Part shown: piece after piece, positions 36,378-45,325 of the stretch
How positions within the stretch are numbered: position 1 is the first letter of the stretch
Layout of the letters: every line of letters starts with the position of its first letter
Origin: Vicinamibacteria bacterium
Lineage (GTDB): Bacteria > Acidobacteriota > Vicinamibacteria > Marinacidobacterales > Marinacidobacteraceae
NCBI GenBank assembly: GCA_963555995.3
Contig: OY821641.1
Location: forward strand, 1,280,001 to 1,344,000
DNA length: 64,000 bases
Direction of reading: 5' to 3'
Notes under the pieces: generated by a model
What the model saw: the letters and a program-made list of their open reading frames with translations, nothing else
Databases searched by the model: none
What the model was told of the DNA's origin: nothing
Program-made: the position numbers and the translations under genes

Positions 36378-38468
36378 TCAGGGTTCGAGCTGGCGGAGGA
36401 GGTTCTGCGCTTCCTGGGCGAACGGGTCCCCGGCGGGGACCGCGCGCAGCAGTTCGCGGGCCTCCGGGATGCGCTGCTGGGAGAGCCGGGTCACGCCCAT
36501 GAAGAAGCGGATGCCGGGCTGCTCGGGGTCGAGGTGGTAGCTCTGCTCGAACGCCCGACCGGCGGCGGCGGGGTCTCCGTCGAGGACGTGGAGCCGCCCG
36601 AGGTTGAGCTGCTGCGGCGCGTCGTCGGCGAAGAAGTTCCCCCGGATCGCGTGGAGGCGCTTCGCCAGCTCGAAGTCATCCCCCGCCGCGTCCGGCAGGT
36701 CGCGGACGCCCAGGTTCAGGAGGGAGATCGCCGCGTTCATCCGCACCGAGCGCCGTTCGTCCTGGATGCGCGCGACGAGTGCTTCGCGGATCTCCGGCGC
36801 TTCCCGTTCGGCCGTCTCGCCGAGCTTCAGCGCGGCCACCGCCCGCACCAGCGGGTGGGCGTCGCCGGCGGCGGCGAGCAGCGCCCGGCTCGCGGGCTCG
36901 CGGGTCTCCGCGTCCGCCAGGTAGCGGCCGAGGTGTCCCGCCGCGTTCGCCCGGTTGATGGGGCCCTCGCCTGCGTCGGCGGAGATGGCGAGCAGCAGGT
37001 CCAGCGCCTCCCGGCTCCGTTCCCGCGCGCCGGTGTAGGCGTCGGCGCGGCGCTCGATCTTCTTCCGGCGCGGCGTTTCTCCCCACCACTCGTCCATGCG
37101 GGCCGACGCCCATGCGGGGCTCTCGGAAGCGTGGCACTCGTTGCAGGCGTTCGGGACCCCGTAGCGCGCGGTATTGCGCGGCGAGGGGATCGAGATGCTG
37201 TGGTCGCGCATCTTCGCCCGGATGCTGGTGACGCTGCGGGGCATGTGGCACTCGACGCACGAGCTTCCCTCGCTCGCGGCCGGGTGGAAGGTGTGGGCGG
37301 TGAGGTCGTTCCCGATGGCTTCGTGGCAGCCGGTGCAGAGCGCGTTGTTCGTGGGAAGCAACTGTTCGTTCCGCTCGATGTCCGGCCGGTGGGGGTCGAG
37401 GTGGCACCCGGTGCAGGTGGCGCCGCCCTCGACGAAGCACTCGCTCTGCCAGATGCCGAGGGTGTTGGTGGAGAAGCGCCGGGTCTTCCCGTCGGGATAC
37501 CAGGTGGGGTCCTCGGAGGGTTCCTGGGTGTATTCGAGGATCGGGAAGAAGAAGTCGAAGTAGTTGTCGCCGGCGGCGAACCCGAACGCCATCTGGTCGC
37601 GGAACGAGTGGCACTGGGCGCAGACCATCGAGTTCGTCCGGTGGTCCAGACGGGTCTGGAGGACGATATGGAGGTCGGGATCGTCGCCGTAGGTGTCGAG
37701 GTTCTGGTACTTGTCCACGTGCCGGCTGCCCGGGCCGTGGCAGCGCTCGCAGGTGGTCCCGAAGTCGAGCCAGGTGGTGTCGTAGCGGTCTTCGCCGGGA
37801 CGGAAGCCCTTCATCTGGTCGCTGACGTGGCAGCCGAAACAGTTCTTGTTCCAGAGCTGCACCGGGATGATCCCCTCCGCCTGGTCGGGGGCCGCGATCT
37901 CCAGGTTGTGGAACCACTCCCGGCGGAGCACGTCCCAGGTCGGCGGCAGGACGATCACCCGGCCGTCGTCGAGGGTCGTGAGGTAGTGCTGAATGCGGCG
38001 GTTGCCGAGGGTGTAGTCCACCTGGTGCTCGACCGGCTCACCGGTGAAGAAGGACTCGGTGATGAAGTACTTCGAGCCGACCTGCCGGATCCGGTACTCC
38101 TCTCCGCGTAGGGTGAGCCGTTCCTGGGAGAAGTCGCCGCTGACCTGGCCCGGGACCGCGGGCTGCACCATCTTCGAGTGGCGGGATGAAGTCCAGGCGT
38201 CGTGGGCGCTCTCGTGACACAGGACGCATTCGCCGGACCCCACCATCATCGCGGGCTGCTCGGGGAGGGGCGGCGGGACCGGCTGCGCCGCCTGAGCGGC
38301 GACCGCTTCTGCGGTGCCGGTCTGAAGACCGGCGTTCCCGGGGGCTGGCGGAACCGGCTGCGCCGGCTGGATCGAGGCCGAGGCGATGGGAGGCGACCAG
38401 GCGTTGGTGGCGAACAACCCGAGCACAGCGAGGCTGGCGGCGCCGGCCAAGGCGAGCGTGAACCTCAC
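36378..38468 (-). CDS. Secreted octaheme cytochrome c with HEAT/TPR C-terminus
   Basis: 8 CxxCH (CVLCH, CFGCH, CERCH, CAQCH, CTGCH x2, CVECH, CNECH); helical repeats; GTGA overlap with the upstream gene. Confidence 0.88.
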   Translation of the reverse strand: MRFTLALAGAASLAVLGLFATNAWSPPIASASIQPAQPVPPAPGNAGLQTGTAEAVAAQAAQPVPPPLPEQPAMMVGSGECVLCHESAHDAWTSSRHSKMVQPAVPGQVSGDFSQERLTLRGEEYRIRQVGSKYFITESFFTGEPVEHQVDYTLGNRRIQHYLTTLDDGRVIVLPPTWDVLRREWFHNLEIAAPDQAEGIIPVQLWNKNCFGCHVSDQMKGFRPGEDRYDTTWLDFGTTCERCHGPGSRHVDKYQNLDTYGDDPDLHIVLQTRLDHRTNSMVCAQCHSFRDQMAFGFAAGDNYFDFFFPILEYTQEPSEDPTWYPDGKTRRFSTNTLGIWQSECFVEGGATCTGCHLDPHRPDIERNEQLLPTNNALCTGCHEAIGNDLTAHTFHPAASEGSSCVECHMPRSVTSIRAKMRDHSISIPSPRNTARYGVPNACNECHASESPAWASARMDEWWGETPRRKKIERRADAYTGARERSREALDLLLAISADAGEGPINRANAAGHLGRYLADAETREPASRALLAAAGDAHPLVRAVAALKLGETAEREAPEIREALVARIQDERRSVRMNAAISLLNLGVRDLPDAAGDDFELAKRLHAIRGNFFADDAPQQLNLGRLHVLDGDPAAAGRAFEQSYHLDPEQPGIRFFMGVTRLSQQRIPEARELLRAVPAGDPFAQEAQNLLRQLEP
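38314..38339. repeat. REP-like palindrome inside the cytochrome coding region
   Basis: GTGCCGGTCTGAAGACCGGCGTTCCC, read in frame as GNAGLQTGT. Confidence 0.8.
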
Positions 38469-40144
38469 GACGGCGGCTCCTCCACGACGTGAATCCGGTG
38501 CGCCGCCGGGGCCTCGACCTCGCTCCGGGTTCCCGAAGGCCAGCGCACTTCGGCGGAGACCGCCCGTCCGCCGGGGCCGAGGCCGAAGATCACCTCGAGC
38601 TGGTTCTGGGACGCGTAGCCGGTGGCGCTCTTCACGACGCGGGTCTCGTTGCGGGTCATCCCGTCCTCTTCGATGGCGACGGTGATCTTCGCACCGATTC
38701 CGTCCCGGTTCGAATTTCCTCCCCGGAGCCGGAAACCCACCCAGCCGTTCCGCTCGCCGCCGTCGTTCCGGAAGAGGCGCGCCGGGCCGCCGTTCTCGCT
38801 GACCGCGAGGTCCGGGTCGCCGTCGCCGTCCAGGTCGCCGAAGGCCGCTCCCCGGGCCACCATGGGTCGGGCGAGATCCGGGGAGGCGGCGGTCACCTCC
38901 GCGAAGCCGCCGTCGCCCCGGTTGCGGAAGAGATGGGGGGCCTGGCGGTAGCTGACCCGCTGCTGGACGGCGGCGATGTCGTTCTCGACGTGCCCGTTCG
39001 CGACGAAGATGTCCTGGCGGCCGTCGAGGTCGTAGTCGAAGAAGAAGGCCCCGAAGGCCAAGGTCAGCAGACTGTTGCGGCCGATCTCGGAGACGGGCGC
39101 CTGGTCAATGAAGAAGCCCACGCCTTCGTTGTGGTAGAGCGAGACCATCTCGTTCGAGAAGTTCCCGATCACGAGGTCGGGCAGGCCGTCGCCGTCGTAG
39201 TCCGAGGCGTCAATCCCCATGGCGCCGCGGGCGGCGCCGTTCTCCGCGAAGGCGATTCCGGAAAGCACGCCGGCGTCCTCGAACCGCCCGCCGCCGAGGT
39301 TCCGGTAGAGGTAGTTGGGCTGGGTGTCGTTCGCCACCGCCAGATCGGAGAGCCCGTCGCCGTCGAAGTCGAGGACCGCGACGCCGAGTCCCTTCCCGCG
39401 GGGGTTGAAGAGTCCCGCCTCCTCGGTGACGTCGGTGAACCCCTCCGCGCCGTCGTTCCGGTAGAGGACGGCGCTTGCTCCGCCATACGACTCCGGGGTG
39501 CAGTAGCTCTTGTTCACCCCGTCGAGGGCGCAGAAGATGTCCTCCTCGATGGACCACTCCACGTAGTTCAGCAAGAAGAGATCGAGGTCCCCGTCGCCGT
39601 CGGCGTCGAGCCAGGTGGCGACGCTCGAAAAGCCGGGGTCCGCGACCGAGGCGGCGTGCGGCGCCTCCCGGAACACCCCGCCGCCGGCGTTCTCGAGCAG
39701 GCGGTTCGGTCCGAGGACGGTGAGGTAGAGGTCCTGGTCCCCGTCGGCGTCGTAGTCGGCGATGGCGACGCCCATTCCGTAAAGGGGAACGTCCAGCCCC
39801 GAACCGGCGGTCCGGTCCTCGAAGGTCCCGTCGCCCCGGTTCAGGTATAGGGCGGCGGTGGGCTCCGGCTCGGTTCGGTGTCCCGGCCACCGCCGGCTGT
39901 TGACGAAGAGCAGGTCCTGGTCGCCGTCGCCGTCGGCGTCGAAAAAAGCCACCCCCGAGCCCATCGTCTCGGGCAGGTACTTCTCGCCGAAGGCCCCGTT
40001 CTCGTGGACGAAACCGATCCCCGCGGCTTCGGTCACGTCCACGAAGCTGGGCTCCTGGGCGGGGGCAGACGCTGCCAGCAGGGCCGCGGCGAAGGTGGCG
40101 CCGGCCGCTGTCCGGAACCGCAGCAGTGTGCTCACGGCCCCCAT
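38465..40144 (-). CDS. CRTAC1-family FG-GAP/VCBS repeat protein with ASPIC/UnbV C-terminus
   Basis: Multiple DxDGDGDxD repeats; NRDGIGAKI...GYASQN...FGLG...VRWPSG. Confidence 0.92.
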   Translation of the reverse strand: MGAVSTLLRFRTAAGATFAAALLAASAPAQEPSFVDVTEAAGIGFVHENGAFGEKYLPETMGSGVAFFDADGDGDQDLLFVNSRRWPGHRTEPEPTAALYLNRGDGTFEDRTAGSGLDVPLYGMGVAIADYDADGDQDLYLTVLGPNRLLENAGGGVFREAPHAASVADPGFSSVATWLDADGDGDLDLFLLNYVEWSIEEDIFCALDGVNKSYCTPESYGGASAVLYRNDGAEGFTDVTEEAGLFNPRGKGLGVAVLDFDGDGLSDLAVANDTQPNYLYRNLGGGRFEDAGVLSGIAFAENGAARGAMGIDASDYDGDGLPDLVIGNFSNEMVSLYHNEGVGFFIDQAPVSEIGRNSLLTLAFGAFFFDYDLDGRQDIFVANGHVENDIAAVQQRVSYRQAPHLFRNRGDGGFAEVTAASPDLARPMVARGAAFGDLDGDGDPDLAVSENGGPARLFRNDGGERNGWVGFRLRGGNSNRDGIGAKITVAIEEDGMTRNETRVVKSATGYASQNQLEVIFGLGPGGRAVSAEVRWPSGTRSEVEAPAAHRIHVVEEPPS

Positions 40145-40148
40145 GGAA

Positions 40149-40379
40149 TCAGAGGTCACGCCAGGCGGTCTCGTCTTCCTTCGAGTTCCACTCGTCCATC
40201 GCTTTTCCGACGGCCTCCACGTATGGATCCGACGGGGCTTCCGGGACCCGGCGGCCCCGCGGCTCGTCTTCTCTCTCCTTGTTCGGTCCTGAAGAGCGCT
40301 GCGGACGGGCGCCACCGCCCCGCTGGGTGCTGTCGCCAGCTAGAGATGTCGATCTGCCGCGCTTCCCGGCCCGATTCAT
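40149..40379 (-). CDS. Orphan or degenerate antitoxin-like peptide
   Basis: C-terminus YVEAVGKAMDEWNSKEDETAWRDL resembles the tails of antitoxins that precede PemK/MazF toxins. Confidence 0.45.
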   Translation of the reverse strand: MNRAGKRGRSTSLAGDSTQRGGGARPQRSSGPNKEREDEPRGRRVPEAPSDPYVEAVGKAMDEWNSKEDETAWRDL

Positions 40380-40446
40380 CCGAAGACTGTACCGCTCAGT
40401 TATCCGTGAACCGAGGGCGGGAAAACGCGATGGACACCTGCCGGCT

Positions 40447-43191
40447 TCACCTGTCCGGCACGGTGGACTGGCCCTCGAGCCCGTTGCGGTGCTCGTGGAT
40501 GGGGAGCCGTTCGTTGTTGTCGTCGGGGTGGCTGCGCCGGTAGTCGCCGGTGACGAACTGGGCGGCCTCGTCGGCCTTGAAGCGGAGGTAGAGCTCGCGG
40601 TGGCGGGCGGCGCGCTCGGGATCGCGGAGCCCCTGGGAGGCGAGCATCAGGTTGTAGTGGGCTTCGAGGTCCTCCGGGTCGATGGCGAGCGTCTCTTCCA
40701 GCACCGCCACCGCCTCGGCGTACTCGCGCTTCAGGAAGAGCAGCCGTCCGACCTGGTTGTTCACCACCCGGTCGCGGGGATACGTCTCCTGGACCGCCCG
40801 GAGATCGCGGAGCGCCTCGTCGTAGCGGCCGAGCGCCTTGAGCGCCATAGCCCGGAAGAAGAGGGCGCGGGGCAGCCCCGGGGCGAGCGCCAGCGCGGAA
40901 TCCGCAGCCGCGCGTGCGCCTTCCGGATCCCCCTCCCGGATCCGCACCCGGGCGAGGTTCACCGGGGCGTCGGCGTACTCCGGCGCCAGCCGGCCGACGG
41001 TGGCGAAGGCCGCTTCGGCGGCGCGGAGGTCGCCCGCGAGCAGCATCCCGATGCCGTAGTCGTTGAAGCGGAGCGCGCGGGCGAGATCGCCGGCCGCGGG
41101 CGCGGGGGCCGGGGCCGTCTCCGCCGCGACGGGAAGCCGGACCGACGCGGCGGCCATCTCCACGATGGGCACGTCGGGGACGGGGACACCGTCGTCAAAG
41201 CGCACCGCCCGGTCGTCGTAGCCCGCGGTGACCGCGCCTTCCCCGAGTTCTCCCCGGAAGGTCCACTGGGTGTGCCACCAGTCGAACTTGCGGTAGTTCA
41301 GCCGGGCGGTGAGCGTCACCGGCCCCTCCACCGCCTCAGGTACCCGCAGCCGGTAGCGCACCGTGTGGGCGGCCCCGGGCGGGATCGGGGAGACGTAGAG
41401 GAGGCTGCGCGCGGCCCAGGCGTTCCGCTTGTTGATCGGGTTGCCGCGTTCGTCGAGGAGCAGCGAGCGGAAGAAGTGCGCCGAGGGGTCCACCGGGGCG
41501 TCCGCCGCCTCGCCGGCCTCGCCAGTGAACCCGCTCCAGAAGAACGGCCGGCCGGCGGCGTCCTCGGCCTGGAACTCGAGCCAGACCTCCTGCGCGTCAA
41601 TGGTGCCGCTCGGGAAGAAGTGGCCCACGTTGCGGGTGCGCACCACGACGTCCACCCGCACCGTCTCGCCCGGGACCAGCGCCGGCAGCGCCTCGTCCAG
41701 CGGCGCGGTCAGTTCGCCGAGCGGACCCGTCCCGGCGTAGCGGGCCGTGGGTGCGGCCGCCTCTTCGCCGACCGCGAAGGTGGAGGCCAGCGCCAGCGGA
41801 TCCGGACCGCCGGCCGCCGGCCCCTCGTCCGGGCCTTCGCCGGCATCGTCACGGACGAGGCCGAAGATGTCCACGGTCACCTGTCCGGCGCGGAGGAAAT
41901 CGCGGACCGCCTGGAGCTGTTCGTCGAGCCCGAAGTGGGTCGGCAGCGCGGTGTTCGCGGTGGCGAAGCGGTGGGAGCGGATCAGGCCGCCCACGGCGGC
42001 CGGATCCTCCCCGGCCACCGGCGGCATGTGGCAGTCGGCGCAGGTCTTCGGCGACTCCGGGTAGTAGAACGAGCGGGCGCCCTCCCCGGACACGCCGCTC
42101 GCCTGCCAGTTGTCGTAGCTGTTGAAACCCCGCAGCCAGCGGTAATCGTTGACCGGCTGGTCGAGGTGCACCTTGTGGCAGGTGGAACAGAACGCCGAGC
42201 TGTCGCCGGTGTGGAGCGGCTTCAGGAACGCCTGGCGGTGGGGTTCGGGGTCGAGGTGGATGACGAGGTCGTGCAGCGTCCGGAGCAGCGGATCCTCCGA
42301 GGTGGCGAGGTCGTGCATCTCCGGGTACTCGATGACGAACCCGGCATTCCCCATCGTGTCCTTCACCCGGGTGATGGCGTGGCAGGAAACGCAGCCGAGT
42401 CCGGCGCTCGCTGAAGGACGGTCCACGATCTCGGCGAGCGGCCGGTCCATGAGCCCGCTGAAGAGGACCGCGTGGTCGTGGCAGCCAGCGCACCACTTCG
42501 AGGGGGTGACGCCGACGACGTCCTGCATGTATTCGATGGAGCGGCGGTACCAGGGGTTGTTGAAGGAGGCGAAACGGTGCGCCGACTCGCTCCACTGGTG
42601 GGTGATGTCGGCGTGGCAGCGGCCGCACGCGTCGCTGCCCAGGAAGAACTCCTCGGGGATGAGCCCACCGTGGAGCGTCTCGGCCGCCGACGGGAAGAAG
42701 GGGCCGTCCGCCCCGCCCATCGCCTCGTCGGACATGGTGGCGGGCGGCAGCCCCGCGTTCAGGAGCGGTACGGACACCGGAAGCAACGGTCGGAGGAGCG
42801 CCCCCGCCGGGATGGCGGCGGCCAGCAGCAGCGGCGCGAGCAGCATCCGCCGCCGGGCCAGGAGCCCCGCGAACCCGGCGGCGGCGGCGAGGTGGACGTA
42901 GAGGAGCGGCCGGCTGGCCGCCGTCGAGCCGACGACGGCGAGCCCCAGCCCGCTGAGCGCCAGCAGGGTTCCCGAGGCCCAGAACCAGCGCCGCAGCGGG
43001 TCGGTTCCGAGCGCCGGGCCGACCTTCTTCCATCCCCAGAGCAGCAGCTTCAGCGCCGCGATGCCGAGGACCGGGTGCAGGAGGATCTGCGCGGAGTGGA
43101 AGAGGTTCGCGCCCCGCGCGGCCAGTAGGTATCCGGAGTTGACCAGCAGCAGGGCCGCGGCGGCGACCAGGAACCGGTGGCGGAGGGTCAG
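40447..43191 (-). CDS. Membrane-anchored pentaheme cytochrome c (c554-like) with TPR C-terminus; probable CTG start
   Basis: About five N-terminal TM; CGRCH, CAGCH, CVSCH, CSTCH, CADCH; TPRs; GGAGG then CTGA overlap with the upstream stop. Confidence 0.85.
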   Translation of the reverse strand: MTLRHRFLVAAAALLLVNSGYLLAARGANLFHSAQILLHPVLGIAALKLLLWGWKKVGPALGTDPLRRWFWASGTLLALSGLGLAVVGSTAASRPLLYVHLAAAAGFAGLLARRRMLLAPLLLAAAIPAGALLRPLLPVSVPLLNAGLPPATMSDEAMGGADGPFFPSAAETLHGGLIPEEFFLGSDACGRCHADITHQWSESAHRFASFNNPWYRRSIEYMQDVVGVTPSKWCAGCHDHAVLFSGLMDRPLAEIVDRPSASAGLGCVSCHAITRVKDTMGNAGFVIEYPEMHDLATSEDPLLRTLHDLVIHLDPEPHRQAFLKPLHTGDSSAFCSTCHKVHLDQPVNDYRWLRGFNSYDNWQASGVSGEGARSFYYPESPKTCADCHMPPVAGEDPAAVGGLIRSHRFATANTALPTHFGLDEQLQAVRDFLRAGQVTVDIFGLVRDDAGEGPDEGPAAGGPDPLALASTFAVGEEAAAPTARYAGTGPLGELTAPLDEALPALVPGETVRVDVVVRTRNVGHFFPSGTIDAQEVWLEFQAEDAAGRPFFWSGFTGEAGEAADAPVDPSAHFFRSLLLDERGNPINKRNAWAARSLLYVSPIPPGAAHTVRYRLRVPEAVEGPVTLTARLNYRKFDWWHTQWTFRGELGEGAVTAGYDDRAVRFDDGVPVPDVPIVEMAAASVRLPVAAETAPAPAPAAGDLARALRFNDYGIGMLLAGDLRAAEAAFATVGRLAPEYADAPVNLARVRIREGDPEGARAAADSALALAPGLPRALFFRAMALKALGRYDEALRDLRAVQETYPRDRVVNNQVGRLLFLKREYAEAVAVLEETLAIDPEDLEAHYNLMLASQGLRDPERAARHRELYLRFKADEAAQFVTGDYRRSHPDDNNERLPIHEHRNGLEGQSTVPDR

Positions 43192-43868
43192 GACGAACCT
43201 CCGGACTCCACGCCGGCCTCGCGGAGCGCCTTCCTGGCGATCCGGGTGATGAGGATCGTGACCAGCACGAACGCGGCGAGCCCGACGATCCGCAGCCCGG
43301 CTTCGAGCGGATCCGATTCGCCGGAGACGGCGCGGGCGACGCTGCTCCCGAGATAGATGTAGAGGAGCGTTCCCGGGAGGATCCCGGTGGCCGAGGCCGC
43401 CAGGTAGCCGAGGAAGGAGACCCCGGTGAGGCCGTAGGCGTAGTTCAGCACCGTGAACGGGAAGACGGGCGTCAGCCGGGTGAGGAAGACGATCTTCCAG
43501 CCCTCGGCGGCCACCGCGCGGTCCACCGCGGCGAAGGAGGGTTTCCCGGCGAGCCAGCCGGTCACCCGTTCGCGGGCGAGCCGCCGGGCGGCGAGGAAGG
43601 CGAGCGCCAGCCCGGCGGTCGCTCCGAGCCAGACCGCGGCGGTCCCGGCGCCGAATCCGAAGGCGCCGCCCGCGATCAGGGTGAGCGCCGACCCCGGGAC
43701 CGCGAACACGGTGGCGACGGCGTAGAGCGCCGCGAAGACCAGGAGTCCCGCGGTTCCCTGACCCCGCGCCCACTCGGCGCCCGCCTCGATCCAGTCCCCG
43801 ATGGGGAAGATCACCACGAGGGCGACGATCAGGACGAGAACGGCGCCCAGCTTCAGGGTCTTGTTCAC
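43188..43868 (-). CDS. TVP38/TMEM64 (VTT, DedA-superfamily) membrane protein
   Basis: VPGSALTLIAGGAFG, RLTPVFPFTVLNYAYGLT, GILPGT; GTGA overlap. Confidence 0.92.
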   Translation of the reverse strand: MNKTLKLGAVLVLIVALVVIFPIGDWIEAGAEWARGQGTAGLLVFAALYAVATVFAVPGSALTLIAGGAFGFGAGTAAVWLGATAGLALAFLAARRLARERVTGWLAGKPSFAAVDRAVAAEGWKIVFLTRLTPVFPFTVLNYAYGLTGVSFLGYLAASATGILPGTLLYIYLGSSVARAVSGESDPLEAGLRIVGLAAFVLVTILITRIARKALREAGVESGGSS

Positions 43869-45325
43869 CGCCGCCTCCGGTAGAGCCACTCGAAGATCGC
43901 CTTCGCCCGCGGGGTGAGCCGGGTGCGCTGGTAGGCGTCCGCCACCCGCTGCGCCGCCTGCGCCCAGGTGGGGTAGCCGTGGATCGTCGAGGAGAGCGAC
44001 GCCAGTCCGACCCCGTGCTTCGCGGCGACCATGATCTCGTGGAGGATCTCTCCCGCCCGCGGCGCCACCACGGTGGCCCCGAGGATCGTGTCCTTCCCTT
44101 TCCGGGTGAGGACCTTCACGAAGCCCCGGGTACTGGCCTCGGTGATCGCGCGGTCAAGGTCGTCGTTCGCGTGCCGGTGGACATCCACCGGGATGTTCTG
44201 CGCCTCCGCGTCCTCCTCCCGGAGCCCGAAGTGGGCGACCTCGGGGTCCACGTAGGTGACCCAGGGCACGTACCGGTAGTCCGCCTTCGCGCGGGGCAGG
44301 GGGGGCGGCAGCAGGATGTTCCGCACCACCAGCCGCGCCTGGTAGTCGGCGGTGTGGGTGAACCGGTAGGGTCCGGCCACGTCGCCGCACGCGTAGATGT
44401 GGCCGACGTTCGTGCGGAGCGCGCCGTCCACCGGCACGCCGCCGCGCGCGTCGTACTCCACGCCGGCCGCTTCGAGGCCGAGATCCTCGACGTTCGGGGA
44501 CCTTCCGGTGGCCACCAGGAGTCGCGAGGCGGTCACCGCGTGCGCCCCGCCGTCACCGCCGATCCGGGCGGTGATCCCGCCGTTCGGCTCCGGGCGGAAG
44601 GCTTCGACGCGGCAGTCGGTGACGACCTCGATCCCCTCGGCCGCGAAAGCTTCGTGGACCACCGCCGAGGCCTCGGCATCGTCCCGGGGAAGGAGCCGGC
44701 TCACGTCGGTGAGGATCGTCACCCGAACCCCGAGCCGGCTCATGACCTGGCCGAGCTCGCACCCGATGGGGCCGCCTCCGAGCACGATCAGCGACTCGGG
44801 AGGCGTCTCCTGCTCGTCGAAGAACGTCTCGTTCGTGAAGTAGGGCGCCTCGGCGATGCCCGGAATGGGAGGGACGAGCGGCCGGGTTCCGGTGGCGATC
44901 ACGAAGTGGGCGCCCTCGAGCCGCGTTCCGTCGTCGAGTTCCACCGCGTGCGGGCTGACGAACCGGGCGCGGGCCTTGAAGACGTCCACCCCGAGCCCCG
45001 TGAACCGCTCCACGGAATCGTTGGGGGCGATCCGGGCGCGCCGCTCGCGCATGTGCTCGAAGACCCGCTGGAACCGGAAACGCGGCTCCGTCGCATCGAG
45101 TCCGTGGGCTTCGGCGTCGCGGATGCTCTGGATCAGTTTCGAGGTGGAAACGAGCGCCTTGGAGGGCACGCACCCGGTATTGAGACAATCGCCCCCCATT
45201 TTGGCGGCCTCCACCAACGCGACCCGACCCCCGAGCCCCGCGGTGCCCGCCGCCGTCACGAGGCCCGCGGTCCCCGCCCCGATGACGACCACGTTGTAGC
45301 GGCCCTCGCCGCGCGCACTCCCCAT
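43865..45325 (-). CDS. FAD-dependent pyridine nucleotide-disulfide oxidoreductase (MerA/Lpd-like)
   Basis: GAGTAG, GGDCLNTGCVPSK, GGGPIGCE, ATGR.PN, YACGDV, IHGYPT; no C-terminal Cys pair. Confidence 0.9.
   Translation of the reverse strand: MGSARGEGRYNVVVIGAGTAGLVTAAGTAGLGGRVALVEAAKMGGDCLNTGCVPSKALVSTSKLIQSIRDAEAHGLDATEPRFRFQRVFEHMRERRARIAPNDSVERFTGLGVDVFKARARFVSPHAVELDDGTRLEGAHFVIATGTRPLVPPIPGIAEAPYFTNETFFDEQETPPESLIVLGGGPIGCELGQVMSRLGVRVTILTDVSRLLPRDDAEASAVVHEAFAAEGIEVVTDCRVEAFRPEPNGGITARIGGDGGAHAVTASRLLVATGRSPNVEDLGLEAAGVEYDARGGVPVDGALRTNVGHIYACGDVAGPYRFTHTADYQARLVVRNILLPPPLPRAKADYRYVPWVTYVDPEVAHFGLREEDAEAQNIPVDVHRHANDDLDRAITEASTRGFVKVLTRKGKDTILGATVVAPRAGEILHEIMVAAKHGVGLASLSSTIHGYPTWAQAAQRVADAYQRTRLTPRAKAIFEWLYRRRR

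Noticed and set aside
43865-45325. True mercuric reductase merA
   Set aside because: No C-terminal Cys-Cys pair, no N-terminal metal-binding domain and no mer operon
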